64,000 bases of DNA from Candidatus Micrarchaeota archaeon (GTDB lineage Archaea > Micrarchaeota > Micrarchaeia > Micrarchaeales > CABMGC01), in contig JAKATZ010000003.1 in NCBI GenBank assembly GCA_021827925.1, forward strand, positions 16,567-80,566, in the 5' to 3' direction. This document shows positions 52,508-62,398 of the stretch, one piece after another. How positions within the stretch are numbered: position 1 is the stretch's first letter; every line of letters begins with the position of its first letter. The position numbers were made by a program, and so were the translations under genes. The notes beneath the pieces are model-generated. The model saw nothing but the letters and a program-made list of their open reading frames with translations. It was not told where the DNA came from and did not search any database.

Positions 52508-52663
52508 ATGGGAAAGAAGACTGCTTACAAGAAGATGAGGCTTGGCAAGAAGCTTAAGCAGAACAGGCGAATGCCCGTTCTCGCCGTGGTCAGGACGCAC
52601 AGGAGAGTGCAGGGAAATATCTTCCAGAGAGACTGGAGAAGGAGAAAACTGAAGCTGGAGTGA
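52508..52663 (+). CDS. rpl39e: 50S ribosomal protein L39e, below the ORF-track size cut-off
   Basis: Hand translation: MGKKTAYKKMRLGKKLKQNRRMPVLAVVRTHRRVQGNIFQRDWRRRKLKLE. Confidence 0.85.
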   Translation: MGKKTAYKKMRLGKKLKQNRRMPVLAVVRTHRRVQGNIFQRDWRRRKLKLE

Positions 52664-52667
52664 GAAA

Positions 52668-53108
52668 ATGGCAGATATAAGAACAGTAAGCCTTCGCAGA
52701 AAACTAGTCAAGCTGCACACCACAAGGAGGAGGGCGAAAGCCATAGATTATCTTAGAGAAGATATCGCAAGGCATTCGAATACTGTGCCGGGATCAGTGA
52801 GCATAAGCGGTGAGCTGAACAGCTATCTTATGCGCAATCTTTCAGGCCAGATGCCAGAAGTCAAGATATCCGTGGAGAAGACAGGAGATATTGTGAAAGC
52901 AGATCTGGCTCCCGAGCTAAAGAAGCAGGCTGCCGCAATAAGGGAACCAGCTAAAGCGGCAGATAAGGGCGCCAATAAGGATAATGCAGGCGCTGGAAAA
53001 TCTTCTGGAAGAGATAATCTTGCAGGGAAGAAGCAGGAACCCGCCAAAAAGGAAGCTAAGTCAAAGTCCAAGAAGGCGTCTGAAGAACCTGGCAGTAAAT
53101 CAGGTTGA
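52668..53108 (+). CDS. rpl31e: 50S ribosomal protein L31e with a roughly 60-aa Lys/Ala/Glu-rich C-terminal tail
   Basis: The L31e core covers the first roughly 85 aa ('RRRAKAIDYLREDIARH', 'VKISVEKTGD'). A low-complexity 'KKQAAAIREPAKAADKGANKDNAG...KKEAKSKSKKASEE' tail follows. Confidence 0.85.
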   Translation: MADIRTVSLRRKLVKLHTTRRRAKAIDYLREDIARHSNTVPGSVSISGELNSYLMRNLSGQMPEVKISVEKTGDIVKADLAPELKKQAAAIREPAKAADKGANKDNAGAGKSSGRDNLAGKKQEPAKKEAKSKSKKASEEPGSKSG

Positions 53109-53111
53109 CGT

Positions 53112-53783
53112 ATGGGCATTGCAAAAACGAGCATAGACGGCAGCGAATACATAGGCGTTTTTGCTCTTGCTACGGACAGATTCGCGGTGCTTGGCAGCGG
53201 AGTAGGACTCAAGTACGAAAATATCATAAGGGAGGCGTTGGGGGCAAGAGTGGTCAGAGCCACAGTAGATAGCACCGCGATGATTGGAATATATGCCGTC
53301 GCTAACTCCTCTGCCATACTTCTTCCTGAGTCCATTTATGCAAGCGAGCTGCGTAGGATAAGGAATGAGATTGGAGAGGGCATTTCAGTTGAGACGATCG
53401 ATACGGATCTTAATGCCCTCGGCAACAACATACTCGCAAACGACAAGGTCGCGGTAATCAATCCTGATTACAATTCGAAGGAGGCGAAAAGAATCGCTGA
53501 TGCACTCGGAGTAGAAGTCCTGAAGGAGAGCATCGGCGGATACAATACCGTTGGCGCAAACAATATACTTACAAATAAGGGGATGGTGGCCAACAACAGG
53601 GTATCAGAGTCTGAATTTGCTAGAATGAAGGAACTGTTCGGGAGCGTGGAACAATCAACGGCGAATATGGGCACCATAAGCATAGGCATTTGCGCTGTTG
53701 CAAACTCTAACGGCGTGGTCGTCGGGGAAAGGACAACTGGATACGAGATCGCAAAAATAGCAGATGCGCTTGCATTGGAATGA
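53112..53783 (+). CDS. eif6: translation initiation factor aIF6
   Basis: 223 aa. Pentein-repeat sequence 'GSEYIGVFALATDRFAVLG' with repeated 'VGANNILTNKG'-type units. Confidence 0.9.
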   Translation: MGIAKTSIDGSEYIGVFALATDRFAVLGSGVGLKYENIIREALGARVVRATVDSTAMIGIYAVANSSAILLPESIYASELRRIRNEIGEGISVETIDTDLNALGNNILANDKVAVINPDYNSKEAKRIADALGVEVLKESIGGYNTVGANNILTNKGMVANNRVSESEFARMKELFGSVEQSTANMGTISIGICAVANSNGVVVGERTTGYEIAKIADALALE

Positions 53784-53844
53784 CAGGCGAAGTGTCACGA
53801 AGCGGTGAATATCTCAGGACAGCAGCGAGATGCCATCGCAGGCG

Positions 53845-55014
53845 CTATTTGGCAGCGCTCACTATTTTTATTACGTCATTGTCTTTGAGAACATATTCCT
53901 TCTGCAGCCTTGCCCTGGTCCTTGCATCTATGGCATAGAGCATCCTCTCTGCGAGGTCAGTGTGTATCTTTAATGCAAGATCGAGGGCCGTGGAGCCCTT
54001 CTTCATAAGAATAGCGTCAGGAAGGCAGTTGCCGAAGTGATCGGTGTATTTTTTCTCATCTTCCACAGGATATACGACTATGTTATCGGCAGACGAGAAG
54101 ACAGCAAGGTTCAGCAGCTGCTGCACTCCGGTGGCGCCGTTGCTCCGCAGGTAGGCACCCATGTATGAAAGCGCTTTCCTCTGCTCAGGATTTAGCTCTT
54201 TGTTTATTCTGAACTCTGAACTTCCGGGAAAATAGGATATGGAGCCGCTCTCAGAAGCTTTCTTAAGGGCAAGTTCTATCGCGGCAGAACAGCCGATCAC
54301 TGCATACCCTTGCAGTTTTGATGATATGGAATCAAGCTTTTCGCGAGAGGATCTGTCCATCTTGTTCGCAGCTATGAACATGGGCTTGCTCTCTTTTAGG
54401 AATGCTGAAGAGAACGCATACGCGGCTTCGCTGCTCCAGTTCATATAGGAAAGAGGCAAGCCTGCAGAGCCTGCTGCTTCTTTTATGAGATCTTCATCAG
54501 CCTTGAACCCCGAAAGCACCTCGGATATCGCGGCTGCACCGTCAGCTCTCTTCGATAGCTGCTGCATATGCTTCAGGAGTATTCCCGAGAGCCACTTTGC
54601 CAGTTCGTCGCATACCATCCTTACTTCAACAGCAGGGTCGCTGCCTTCAGATGGATTGCCATTTATGTCAGTACTGCCGCTTGCATCTATGACAAGCACA
54701 AGGACATCCGCGGCGCTGAGATCATTTAGGAACTGACTACCCCTCCCTTTGCCGACACTTGCGCCAGGAACTAACCCCGCAACATCCGTTACGTTTACAG
54801 GTATCTGACGCGTTCCGTTAGTGCATAGTGAATTCCGTGGCCTGCATTTGACGCCAAGCTCCGCATCAACGCATTTCCTTGTTGCGTATGCTACCCCGAG
54901 ATTCGGATTTATCGTCGTGAAGGGATAATCGGCAATCTCCGCTTCGGCCATGGTGAGCGCAGAGAAGAGAGTGCTCTTTCCCTTGTTGGGTGAACCTACA
55001 AGCCCTATCAGCAT
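53845..55014 (-). CDS. Obg-like GTPase/ATPase (YchF/OLA1-DRG type) with C-terminal TGS domain
   Basis: G1 'GSPNKGKST', G2 'YPFTT', G3 'DVAGL'. TGS-like C-terminus 'VLKDNDVIKIV'. Start at the internal ATG (MLIGLVG). Confidence 0.75.
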   Translation of the reverse strand: MLIGLVGSPNKGKSTLFSALTMAEAEIADYPFTTINPNLGVAYATRKCVDAELGVKCRPRNSLCTNGTRQIPVNVTDVAGLVPGASVGKGRGSQFLNDLSAADVLVLVIDASGSTDINGNPSEGSDPAVEVRMVCDELAKWLSGILLKHMQQLSKRADGAAAISEVLSGFKADEDLIKEAAGSAGLPLSYMNWSSEAAYAFSSAFLKESKPMFIAANKMDRSSREKLDSISSKLQGYAVIGCSAAIELALKKASESGSISYFPGSSEFRINKELNPEQRKALSYMGAYLRSNGATGVQQLLNLAVFSSADNIVVYPVEDEKKYTDHFGNCLPDAILMKKGSTALDLALKIHTDLAERMLYAIDARTRARLQKEYVLKDNDVIKIVSAAK

Positions 55015-55111
55015 AAGATCTGAGAATATAATGGCAACGCAGGGCTTTATTCTTTTGGTTGCATCTCTTGCGCATCTTTTTATACTATTACTGCACATAT
55101 ATTCGCAGAGA

Positions 55112-55197
55112 GCGGGGGTGGCAGAGCTTGGCCAAATGCGGCAGGTTCAGGGCTTGTTTCCTTTGTGGATGCGTGAGTTCAAATCTCACCCCCCGCA
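55112..55197 (+). tRNA. tRNA-Leu (anticodon CAG)
   Basis: Hand-folded. Acceptor GCGGGGG/CCCCCGC, anticodon loop TTCAGGG, long variable arm, T-arm GTGAG-TTCAAAT-CTCAC, discriminator A. Confidence 0.85.
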
Positions 55198-55327
55198 TCC
55201 AGTTGTCAAAACATACAGGCCATGCCTTGTCAGAATCGCACCGCCGGATGGATAGCGTATGATGGGATGAATGTAAAAACCCATCGGCACTATCGGGCCT
55301 TGAACCACGGAAAACAAAGCAAGGATA

Positions 55328-56575
55328 TCAGCTTATGTGCAGTATTTTCCTTACCTTGGATATTGTAGATACAGCCCTGTCCACATCCTCCTCGTCGTTG
55401 TACAGATAGAAGCTCATTCTTGCGGCCGCAGGCTCTCCGATCACCTTGTTGACAAGAGGCATGGCGCAGTGATGGCCGGCCCTTATGCATATACCTTCGC
55501 TGTCAAATATGCTGGCGACATCGTGAGGATGGGCTCCCTTGATGTTGAAGGAGAGTACGCCGGCTTTCTTGCTTTCGAAGTCTTTCACTGACCCGGGACC
55601 ATAGACAGAGACTTTCTCCTCGGCTAGCTTGCTGAGTGCGTACCTGGTGATCTTTTTTTCGTGTTCCCTTATCCTTGGGATTCCCACATTGTTCAGATAC
55701 TCTACAGCAGCTCCAAGGCCTATGCCGCCTTCCACATTTGCAGTTCCTGCCTCGAATTTCCACGGCAGCTCGTTCCAGGTACTCCCATCGAAGCTTACAC
55801 TGCGGATCATGTCTCCGCCGCCAAATATGGGGGGCATCTCTTCGAGCAGTTCCTCCTTTCCGTAAAGCACGCCTATTCCCGCAGGGCCTAGCATCTTATG
55901 GCCAGAGAAGGCAAAGAAATCGCAATCGATATCCTTTACATCCACAGACAGATGAGGCACTGACTGTGCACCGTCAACGAGAACCTTTGCTCCGGATTTG
56001 TGTGCGAGGCTGGACATCAGCTTCGCGTCATTTATTACACCGAGAACATTTGATACATGGGTGAATGCGACAAGCCGTGGATTGTTGCCAAGTTTTTCCC
56101 TGTAATTATCCATGTCAACCAACATGTTGCCCTTCGTGAGTCCGACGTAATCAAGCTTGGCCCCCTTCCTTTTCGCAAGAAGCTGCCAAGGCACTATATT
56201 GCTATGGTGCTCCATCTGCGTTATCAGAATAGTATCGCCCTTCTTTATGTTCGCATTCGCCCAGGAAAGTGCGACAAGGTTTATTGCCTCTGTAGTGTTC
56301 CTGACATAGACTATGTTCCTGTACGATTCGGCATTTATCAGCTTCGCCACAAGACGCTTCGAATCGGTGTATGCTTCCGTTGCCTTTTCTGCTATCCCGT
56401 AAAGGCCGCGATGTATATTTGCATTGTAATTCCGGTAGTAGTAGCCAACCGCATCTATAACGCTGGAGGGTTTCTGTGAGGTTGCGGCACTGTCAAGATA
56501 GACGAGCCTCTTGCCGCTTCTTTTTGTGCCCAGTATCGGAAAGTCTTTTCTTACTTCGCTGACGTCCAACTCCAT
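55328..56575 (-). CDS. sufS: cysteine desulfurase, SufS/group II
   Basis: 415 aa. 'FSGHKMLGPAGIGVLYG' (PLP Lys) and 'RAGHHCAMPL' (active-site Cys). Confidence 0.9.
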   Translation of the reverse strand: MELDVSEVRKDFPILGTKRSGKRLVYLDSAATSQKPSSVIDAVGYYYRNYNANIHRGLYGIAEKATEAYTDSKRLVAKLINAESYRNIVYVRNTTEAINLVALSWANANIKKGDTILITQMEHHSNIVPWQLLAKRKGAKLDYVGLTKGNMLVDMDNYREKLGNNPRLVAFTHVSNVLGVINDAKLMSSLAHKSGAKVLVDGAQSVPHLSVDVKDIDCDFFAFSGHKMLGPAGIGVLYGKEELLEEMPPIFGGGDMIRSVSFDGSTWNELPWKFEAGTANVEGGIGLGAAVEYLNNVGIPRIREHEKKITRYALSKLAEEKVSVYGPGSVKDFESKKAGVLSFNIKGAHPHDVASIFDSEGICIRAGHHCAMPLVNKVIGEPAAARMSFYLYNDEEDVDRAVSTISKVRKILHIS

Positions 56576-56584
56576 TCAGATTCC

Positions 56585-57310
56585 TTAATCGTTGTATCCT
56601 TTCTCTTCGATCTCACTTATAAGCTCCTTGCCTCCTTCCCTTATTATCCTTCCGTCCTTCATTATGTGTATGAACTGCGGCTCCATGTAGTTGAGTATCC
56701 TGCTGTAGTGTGTTATTAGCAGTATTCCCATGTTGTTCTTCTTCCGAAGGTCGTTTATATTGCTTGCGACAGTTTTAACCGCATCCACGTCAAGACCGGA
56801 GTCCGGTTCGTCCAGTATCGCCATCCTCGGCTTCAGTAGGGCCATCTGCAGTATCTCGACTTTCTTCTTCTCGCCTCCCGAGAAACCGTGGTTTAGCGAT
56901 CTGCCTATTATTTCCTCCTTTAGTGAGAGAGAAGATGCGCGCCCCTTTATCTCACCCATGAATTCCTTGAAGGAAAACTTCTCAGTGCTCACTGCGCCCC
57001 TTGCCGTGTTCAGGAAGCCTAGAAGACCAAGCCCCTCTATCTCTACAGGATTCTGGAATTCCAGAAATATACCCAGTTTTGCGCGTTCATTAGCCTTCAT
57101 GCCAAGTACGCTGGCTCCATCTGAGAGTATATCTCCCCCGGTCACTTTACTGAGGGGATGACCCATTATAGTCTTTGCGAGAGTCGTTTTGCCAGAACCG
57201 TTTGGACCCATTATCACATGAAGTTCGCCCTGATTGATGGCAAGGCTCACCCCCTTAACTACCTCTTTTCCTTCGACTTCTACATGCAGGTCGTTTATCT
57301 CCAATTTCAT
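56585..57310 (-). CDS. sufC: Fe-S cluster assembly ATPase SufC
   Basis: Walker A 'GPNGSGKTT', ABC signature 'FSGGEKKK', Walker B 'AILDEPDSGLD'. Start at the internal ATG (MKLEINDLHV). Confidence 0.9.
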   Translation of the reverse strand: MKLEINDLHVEVEGKEVVKGVSLAINQGELHVIMGPNGSGKTTLAKTIMGHPLSKVTGGDILSDGASVLGMKANERAKLGIFLEFQNPVEIEGLGLLGFLNTARGAVSTEKFSFKEFMGEIKGRASSLSLKEEIIGRSLNHGFSGGEKKKVEILQMALLKPRMAILDEPDSGLDVDAVKTVASNINDLRKKNNMGILLITHYSRILNYMEPQFIHIMKDGRIIREGGKELISEIEEKGYND

Positions 57311-57314
57311 CATA

Positions 57315-58568
57315 TCACTCCGTTGCATTTGAAGGCATCCATATGCCTTTGGGCGTTATGCCTGTGAATTTCCCGATCTCTCCGAAAAAATCATTGTCTA
57401 TGCGGCTGAGCATTACAGAAGAAGCGAGCTCGCGCATCTGCTGGTCTCCGATGCGCGCCAGATACCGAGAGATGAAAGAGGATACGAATAGCTTTCTGGC
57501 TTCCGTTTCGGCTATGCCTCTCGATTCTAGATAGAAGAGCGCTTCACGGTCTATCGGGGCCGTGGCGGCGCTGTGCACGGCAGAAACCTCGTCGCTGTAG
57601 TCTATGGACATGTCAGGCAGGGCGTCTATGTGCGCTGCCTGGCTGAGCAGTATGCCCCTCTCAGTAACTTTGGATCTCGCTCCTTTGGTCCATTTCTCCA
57701 CTTTAGCAAACCCCTTCATAGCGCAGTAAGAACTGCCATCAAGGACCGCTGCTGATTCAAGCAACACCGAACTGTTGCGCTTGGAGTTGAACATCGAGGT
57801 GGAGATGTCGAATTTCTGTTCGCCTGTACCATACACGACTTCATTTACATCTATGCTACTGCCTTCTCCGCATGCATCGAAATTTCCCAGAGTCTTCGTA
57901 GCGGCTGACCCGTTGTATACAAAGTTTGCCCTGAGCTTTGCATTGCCAAACGCTTTTCCCTTGCAGAGAACCACTGAGGAGGTATTCGTGTTCGCATTAT
58001 TAAGCAGGTTGAATTCTGCGTTAGATCCTTTCGAGAGCGTGAATTCATGAAGCGGAACTGCAGCGGCAGCTTCGTGTGAAGTTGAGACATGGAATTCTGA
58101 CAGGCACAGGCTTCCTTCCTCACCGACGTGCACAAGGGTCTGAGTGACAAGGCTGGAGTCGTTTATGAACAGCGCGTTTATCTTCGCCTCCTCGCGTTCG
58201 CCTAGATCAATTCCTATTATCTTTCCCGTGTAAGCGTGAGCGTACGCTACAAGTTTACTCTCAGCGCTGCTGAACAGCTTTCCAGAGAGGATTTCTTCGG
58301 TTGCATGCTCTCTGTCGATTACGTTCACGGAGCGATGATTGCTCTTTGCAAAGTTATCCGAAACTATCAGGTCGAATCTCATCTGCGTCTTCTCTTCTAT
58401 CGATTTTACGGCCTCGAGAATACGCGCCCTGCCTTCCGGGGAATCTCCTTGGCCGGATGGATCCGGCAGGGAAAGCATCACGTTGTACCGCTTGTAAAGC
58501 TCGTTCGTCTCATATGGAAGGCTCCGGTAGCTCTTTACTGCGTCATTTCCGAAATCCGAGTATATCAA
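57315..58568 (-). CDS. sufD: Fe-S cluster assembly protein SufD
   Basis: 417 aa, beta-helix SufB/D family, 'EALFYLESRGI' near the C-terminus. TTG start. Confidence 0.8.
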   Translation of the reverse strand: MIYSDFGNDAVKSYRSLPYETNELYKRYNVMLSLPDPSGQGDSPEGRARILEAVKSIEEKTQMRFDLIVSDNFAKSNHRSVNVIDREHATEEILSGKLFSSAESKLVAYAHAYTGKIIGIDLGEREEAKINALFINDSSLVTQTLVHVGEEGSLCLSEFHVSTSHEAAAAVPLHEFTLSKGSNAEFNLLNNANTNTSSVVLCKGKAFGNAKLRANFVYNGSAATKTLGNFDACGEGSSIDVNEVVYGTGEQKFDISTSMFNSKRNSSVLLESAAVLDGSSYCAMKGFAKVEKWTKGARSKVTERGILLSQAAHIDALPDMSIDYSDEVSAVHSAATAPIDREALFYLESRGIAETEARKLFVSSFISRYLARIGDQQMRELASSVMLSRIDNDFFGEIGKFTGITPKGIWMPSNATE

Positions 58569-58578
58569 TGAAACACCG

Positions 58579-59994
58579 TTAGCCCACCCCCCCGCTCATG
58601 TCAAGCTTTATCAGCCTTTTGAGCTCGAGGGAATACTCCATTGGTAGCACCTTTGTCAGGTCTTCCATGAAGCCCAGCACTATCATGGCTATAGCGTCGT
58701 CTTCAGGTATGCCGCGGGACATCAGGTAGAAAATCTGTTCATCGCTTATCTTGCCGATCTTGGCTTCGTGGCTTATAACCGCGTCATTCCTGTTGATCTG
58801 GTTGTACGGGAATGTGTTAGTCTTGGCAAGCCCATCAAGAAGCAGGGCATCGCACGACACGTGCGCTTTCGCATTTGCAGCGTTCTTGGCGACGTTCAAG
58901 AGGCCCCTAAAAGTAGTGATGCCACTGCCCTTTGATATGCTTTTTGAAATTATCTTTGAGGTTGTATCAGGAGCAAGATGGTATATTTTGCCTCCGGAGT
59001 CCTGCACCTGGCCATCACCGGCAACAGCGATTGAAAGCACCTCGCCCCTTGCCTTCGGACCCATTAGGAAGATCGAGGGATATTTCATATTTACCTTGCT
59101 TCCTATGTTCGCATCTATCCAGTCGACCCTTGCACCGTCTGCAGCATGGGCGCGCTGAGTAACAAGGTTGTACACATTTTTTGACCAATTCTGTATGGTT
59201 ACATACCGTATGTATGCGTTCTTCTTTGCGACAAGCTCAACCACTGCTGAGTGCAACGCGTTTGCGGCATACACCGGAGCGGTGCATCCCTCGATGTAGG
59301 TAACTTCTGCGCCTTCGTCGGCTATGATTAGCGTCCTCTCGAACTGCCCTGATTTCTCGGCATTTATCCTGAAATAGGCATTGAGTGGCATTGGAGCCTT
59401 GACTCCTTTTGGTATGTAGATAAAACTACCGCCAGACCATACCGCAGTGTTAAGAGCTGCGAACTTATTGTCAGTTGAGGGAATTACCTTGCCGAAGTAT
59501 TCCTTAAGAAGCTCGGGATATTTCTTCACTGCGGTATCGGTGTCTGTGAATATTATTCCAAGCTTTTCTAGCTCTTCGTTTACATGAGAGTACACCACTG
59601 AGGAGTCGAACTGTGCCTCTGCTCCTGCGAAGAACTTCCGTTCCGCTTCAGGAACGCCAAGTTTATCGAAAGTACGCTTTATGTCCTCTGGCACATCCTC
59701 CCAGCTCTTCGCCTCTTTGCTTTTTGGACTCCGGTAATAGTACACATCGTTGAAATCTATGCCGCCCAGATCTGCGCCCCATGTTGGCATCGGCTTTGAG
59801 TTGAAAATCTTATACGCTGTGAGCCTCTTCTCCAGCATCCATTCAGGCTCGCCCTTGATCTCCGATATTCTGCGCACCGTCCCCTCGGTTAGCCCTTTGT
59901 CAAACTCTTCGTACTCTATCTCCTCCTTGAATCCATACCTATCTATGTACTCTTTTGAGTCGAGTAGTATATCTAATTGCTGGTCTTTTGGCAT
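58579..59994 (-). CDS. sufB: Fe-S cluster assembly protein SufB
   Basis: 471 aa. 'SGGSFIYIPKGV', 'TYIEGCTAP', 'EAKIGKISDEQIFYLMSRGI'. Confidence 0.9.
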   Translation of the reverse strand: MPKDQQLDILLDSKEYIDRYGFKEEIEYEEFDKGLTEGTVRRISEIKGEPEWMLEKRLTAYKIFNSKPMPTWGADLGGIDFNDVYYYRSPKSKEAKSWEDVPEDIKRTFDKLGVPEAERKFFAGAEAQFDSSVVYSHVNEELEKLGIIFTDTDTAVKKYPELLKEYFGKVIPSTDNKFAALNTAVWSGGSFIYIPKGVKAPMPLNAYFRINAEKSGQFERTLIIADEGAEVTYIEGCTAPVYAANALHSAVVELVAKKNAYIRYVTIQNWSKNVYNLVTQRAHAADGARVDWIDANIGSKVNMKYPSIFLMGPKARGEVLSIAVAGDGQVQDSGGKIYHLAPDTTSKIISKSISKGSGITTFRGLLNVAKNAANAKAHVSCDALLLDGLAKTNTFPYNQINRNDAVISHEAKIGKISDEQIFYLMSRGIPEDDAIAMIVLGFMEDLTKVLPMEYSLELKRLIKLDMSGGVG

Positions 59995-60009
59995 AATAAC
60001 ACCCCTGCT

Positions 60010-60336
60010 TCACTTCTCCGCACGGGAGTATGTGCAGCCGAACCGGTTAAGCATGTTGCAGACAGTGCATATACAGCTGTTCACAGCGCTGCGGTCTCCG
60101 GATGCTATCTTCTGCGCGTAGGTAGAGATAGTTGCCGCGTCGATATTCTCTTCGATGCGCTTTATTTTATCAGAACACTTGTGCCGTGCATATTTACTTA
60201 CTGCGGCCTGAGTGATACCGAGGTATCCCGAAACGGCACTTTCAGTAAGCCCGTGCTTCTGTATAAGTTCACGCGCCAGAGATGACCTTATGGCAGGTAT
60301 CACCTCCTTTGCCGCGCGTTCATAGCCGTTCTGCAT
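60010..60336 (-). CDS. small HTH transcriptional regulator with C-terminal Cys cluster
   Basis: 108 aa. XRE-like HTH 'ESAVSGYLGITQAAVSKYARHK'. Cys at positions 54, 88, 90, 93 and 101 ('NSCICTVCNMLNRFGC'). Lies 15 nt upstream of sufB on the same strand. Confidence 0.6.
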   Translation of the reverse strand: MQNGYERAAKEVIPAIRSSLARELIQKHGLTESAVSGYLGITQAAVSKYARHKCSDKIKRIEENIDAATISTYAQKIASGDRSAVNSCICTVCNMLNRFGCTYSRAEK

Positions 60337-60438
60337 ATTCCCACTATAACTTGGTTATAGAGATAATAGGTATATAAACGTTTTTATATGTTTGTAGATA
60401 TACATAGAGAATGCAATAACTGAACTGTGTGTGGGATT

Positions 60439-62322
60439 ATGATGGAGCACGGGCGAGGTGCTGGACTTCTTTTTGTTGGAGGGCTATTGATCCTATTGCT
60501 GAATCTGCTTGTCTGTTTCGTATCGGTTTTTATTCTAACCAAATCCATGGCGAACGTACAGGTATATCCTGACCTCATAAGATTGGAGAACGCAGCGATG
60601 CTGCTTGTTGCAGCGAATGCAGTGATACTGACTATTCCTGCTGCGCTGCTCATGATATCAGGCATAATTATTAGGAGAGGCGGAGACTCTGAACTCTGGC
60701 CAAGAATTGGTTTTGTCGCTGCAGTTTCGGGAATACTTTCAGGCATAGCAACGCCGCTGATGCTCTTTGCAGATTCATCGCTGCCCAACGCAATCGCCGT
60801 TTTTATCCCTTCAGTGGTTTCCGTGATGCGCGTAGGCATGCAGATCGCAGCTTCGGGAGAGCTGCCACTGGCAGTACTTATCCCGATACCGATCCTTTTT
60901 GTACTAGGATACGCATTCGGGCTTATCGGCTCAGTATATTCCTTAGGCAGGAAGAATGCTAGATACATGAGAAATGCATTTGCAGGATTCGTAGCTGTTG
61001 TCCTGATACTGTCAGCGATCTCAGCGTATCTTGTCGCGTATGAAAATGCGCAGGCGCTGGAAAGCATGAATGGACAGATAGCAGCAACAGGGAGCAATCT
61101 CGAGTATCTGCTTCAGAACCAAAGCGCGTCTTACGTGACTGGAAACGGCGGCCTGGCTTCATTGGTGAGTGTGAGAGGGAACATACAAGAAATGCTCGCA
61201 CAGATGCTGAATCAGTCAGGAAGCAGCATTGGAATTTATGCTGGAACCGCTGCAGGATATGACTGGAATGCACACAATCCGATAACAGAGCTTGCGGCCG
61301 GCGCGGCGTTTTACGGGACTCTAGGCCAGTCGGCGGGACAAGGAACGCTCGAGAACGCGTCTGACCTCAAGTTACTGTATATGCTCGATTTTACAGGAGA
61401 AACCATGCTTGCAAACGCAGAATATCTCGGTATGCTCTTCGGATGCGGAGCGTTTAACAGCAGTGCGGCTGCGTATCCTCAAAAGAAAATAGGTATTGGA
61501 ATGACAGTACAGCACCCCTCGTATTTAACCGGCGGGATTTCAACAACCAACTACCAAGGCACAGGCACGGAATTTATGCCCTTATCCAGAGGATGGTTGG
61601 AATTGATATTCGATACAGGCGCGTACAGCGGAATTCCTAGCAAGTGCAAAGACGGCAGCGTAATGACGCATAGTGATTTCTACCATCTGCTGTCTTTGTC
61701 GGAATACGAGGATTATATGTACTCGGAAATGTTCTCCGGGGTTACGCTGCACCCATCAGTATCGTTTATAGGATATGATGGCAATAGCCTTGTGATTGAT
61801 ATGGGAAATATAGATCTGAGCAGTCCTGAAGCAGAGATAATGATTGATGGTAAGCCTATCAACTACACGAGGTATTACAACTTCTTAGTATCGAATGTGG
61901 AGCTCGGAGTAGGGTTGCACAACATCACAGCATACATGCCAGCGGAGGGATTCCTGCAGAGCCGCAGTCTTTATGTTTCGCCCTATCTAGACATACTTTT
62001 TGCAGTTAGTGCCAACGGCACGGGAACGCTCAGTATAGAGAACAGACAGGGCGGCGACATAAACCTCTCTAACTTGCACCTATCAGTATCGCCCACCGCG
62101 TTTGACAGCGGAGGATATGCTGCGGGAGGATGGCAAGACCCAACATCACAGTATCAAGGAGGGATCACATTAGGATACAACGCGCCTTCTAACAACGCAA
62201 CGATAGTTTATAGGGGATTGATGCCGGGAGGATGCATTGTCGACACACCGTATATTTATTATATCTCATTTAATACCAGCGAAGGGGCGGCGCATTACAC
62301 AGCAGGAGGGAAGTGCGCCTGA
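60439..62322 (+). CDS. hypothetical polytopic membrane protein with a large sequon-rich extracytoplasmic C-terminal domain
   Basis: The N-terminal roughly 220 aa hold about 6 TM helices. The C-terminal roughly 400 aa are Gly/Ser/Tyr/Asn-rich with multiple N-x-S/T sequons (NQS, NAS, NSS, NYT, NIT, NGT, NLS, NAT, NTS). Confidence 0.4.
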   Translation: MMEHGRGAGLLFVGGLLILLLNLLVCFVSVFILTKSMANVQVYPDLIRLENAAMLLVAANAVILTIPAALLMISGIIIRRGGDSELWPRIGFVAAVSGILSGIATPLMLFADSSLPNAIAVFIPSVVSVMRVGMQIAASGELPLAVLIPIPILFVLGYAFGLIGSVYSLGRKNARYMRNAFAGFVAVVLILSAISAYLVAYENAQALESMNGQIAATGSNLEYLLQNQSASYVTGNGGLASLVSVRGNIQEMLAQMLNQSGSSIGIYAGTAAGYDWNAHNPITELAAGAAFYGTLGQSAGQGTLENASDLKLLYMLDFTGETMLANAEYLGMLFGCGAFNSSAAAYPQKKIGIGMTVQHPSYLTGGISTTNYQGTGTEFMPLSRGWLELIFDTGAYSGIPSKCKDGSVMTHSDFYHLLSLSEYEDYMYSEMFSGVTLHPSVSFIGYDGNSLVIDMGNIDLSSPEAEIMIDGKPINYTRYYNFLVSNVELGVGLHNITAYMPAEGFLQSRSLYVSPYLDILFAVSANGTGTLSIENRQGGDINLSNLHLSVSPTAFDSGGYAAGGWQDPTSQYQGGITLGYNAPSNNATIVYRGLMPGGCIVDTPYIYYISFNTSEGAAHYTAGGKCA

Positions 62323-62398
62323 GTTGCGTTCCTGCGACGCGTTATTTTGAGCCGGAAAGCAATAAATAGCTTAATTGAGAATAAAGTAGGGTAGTCCC

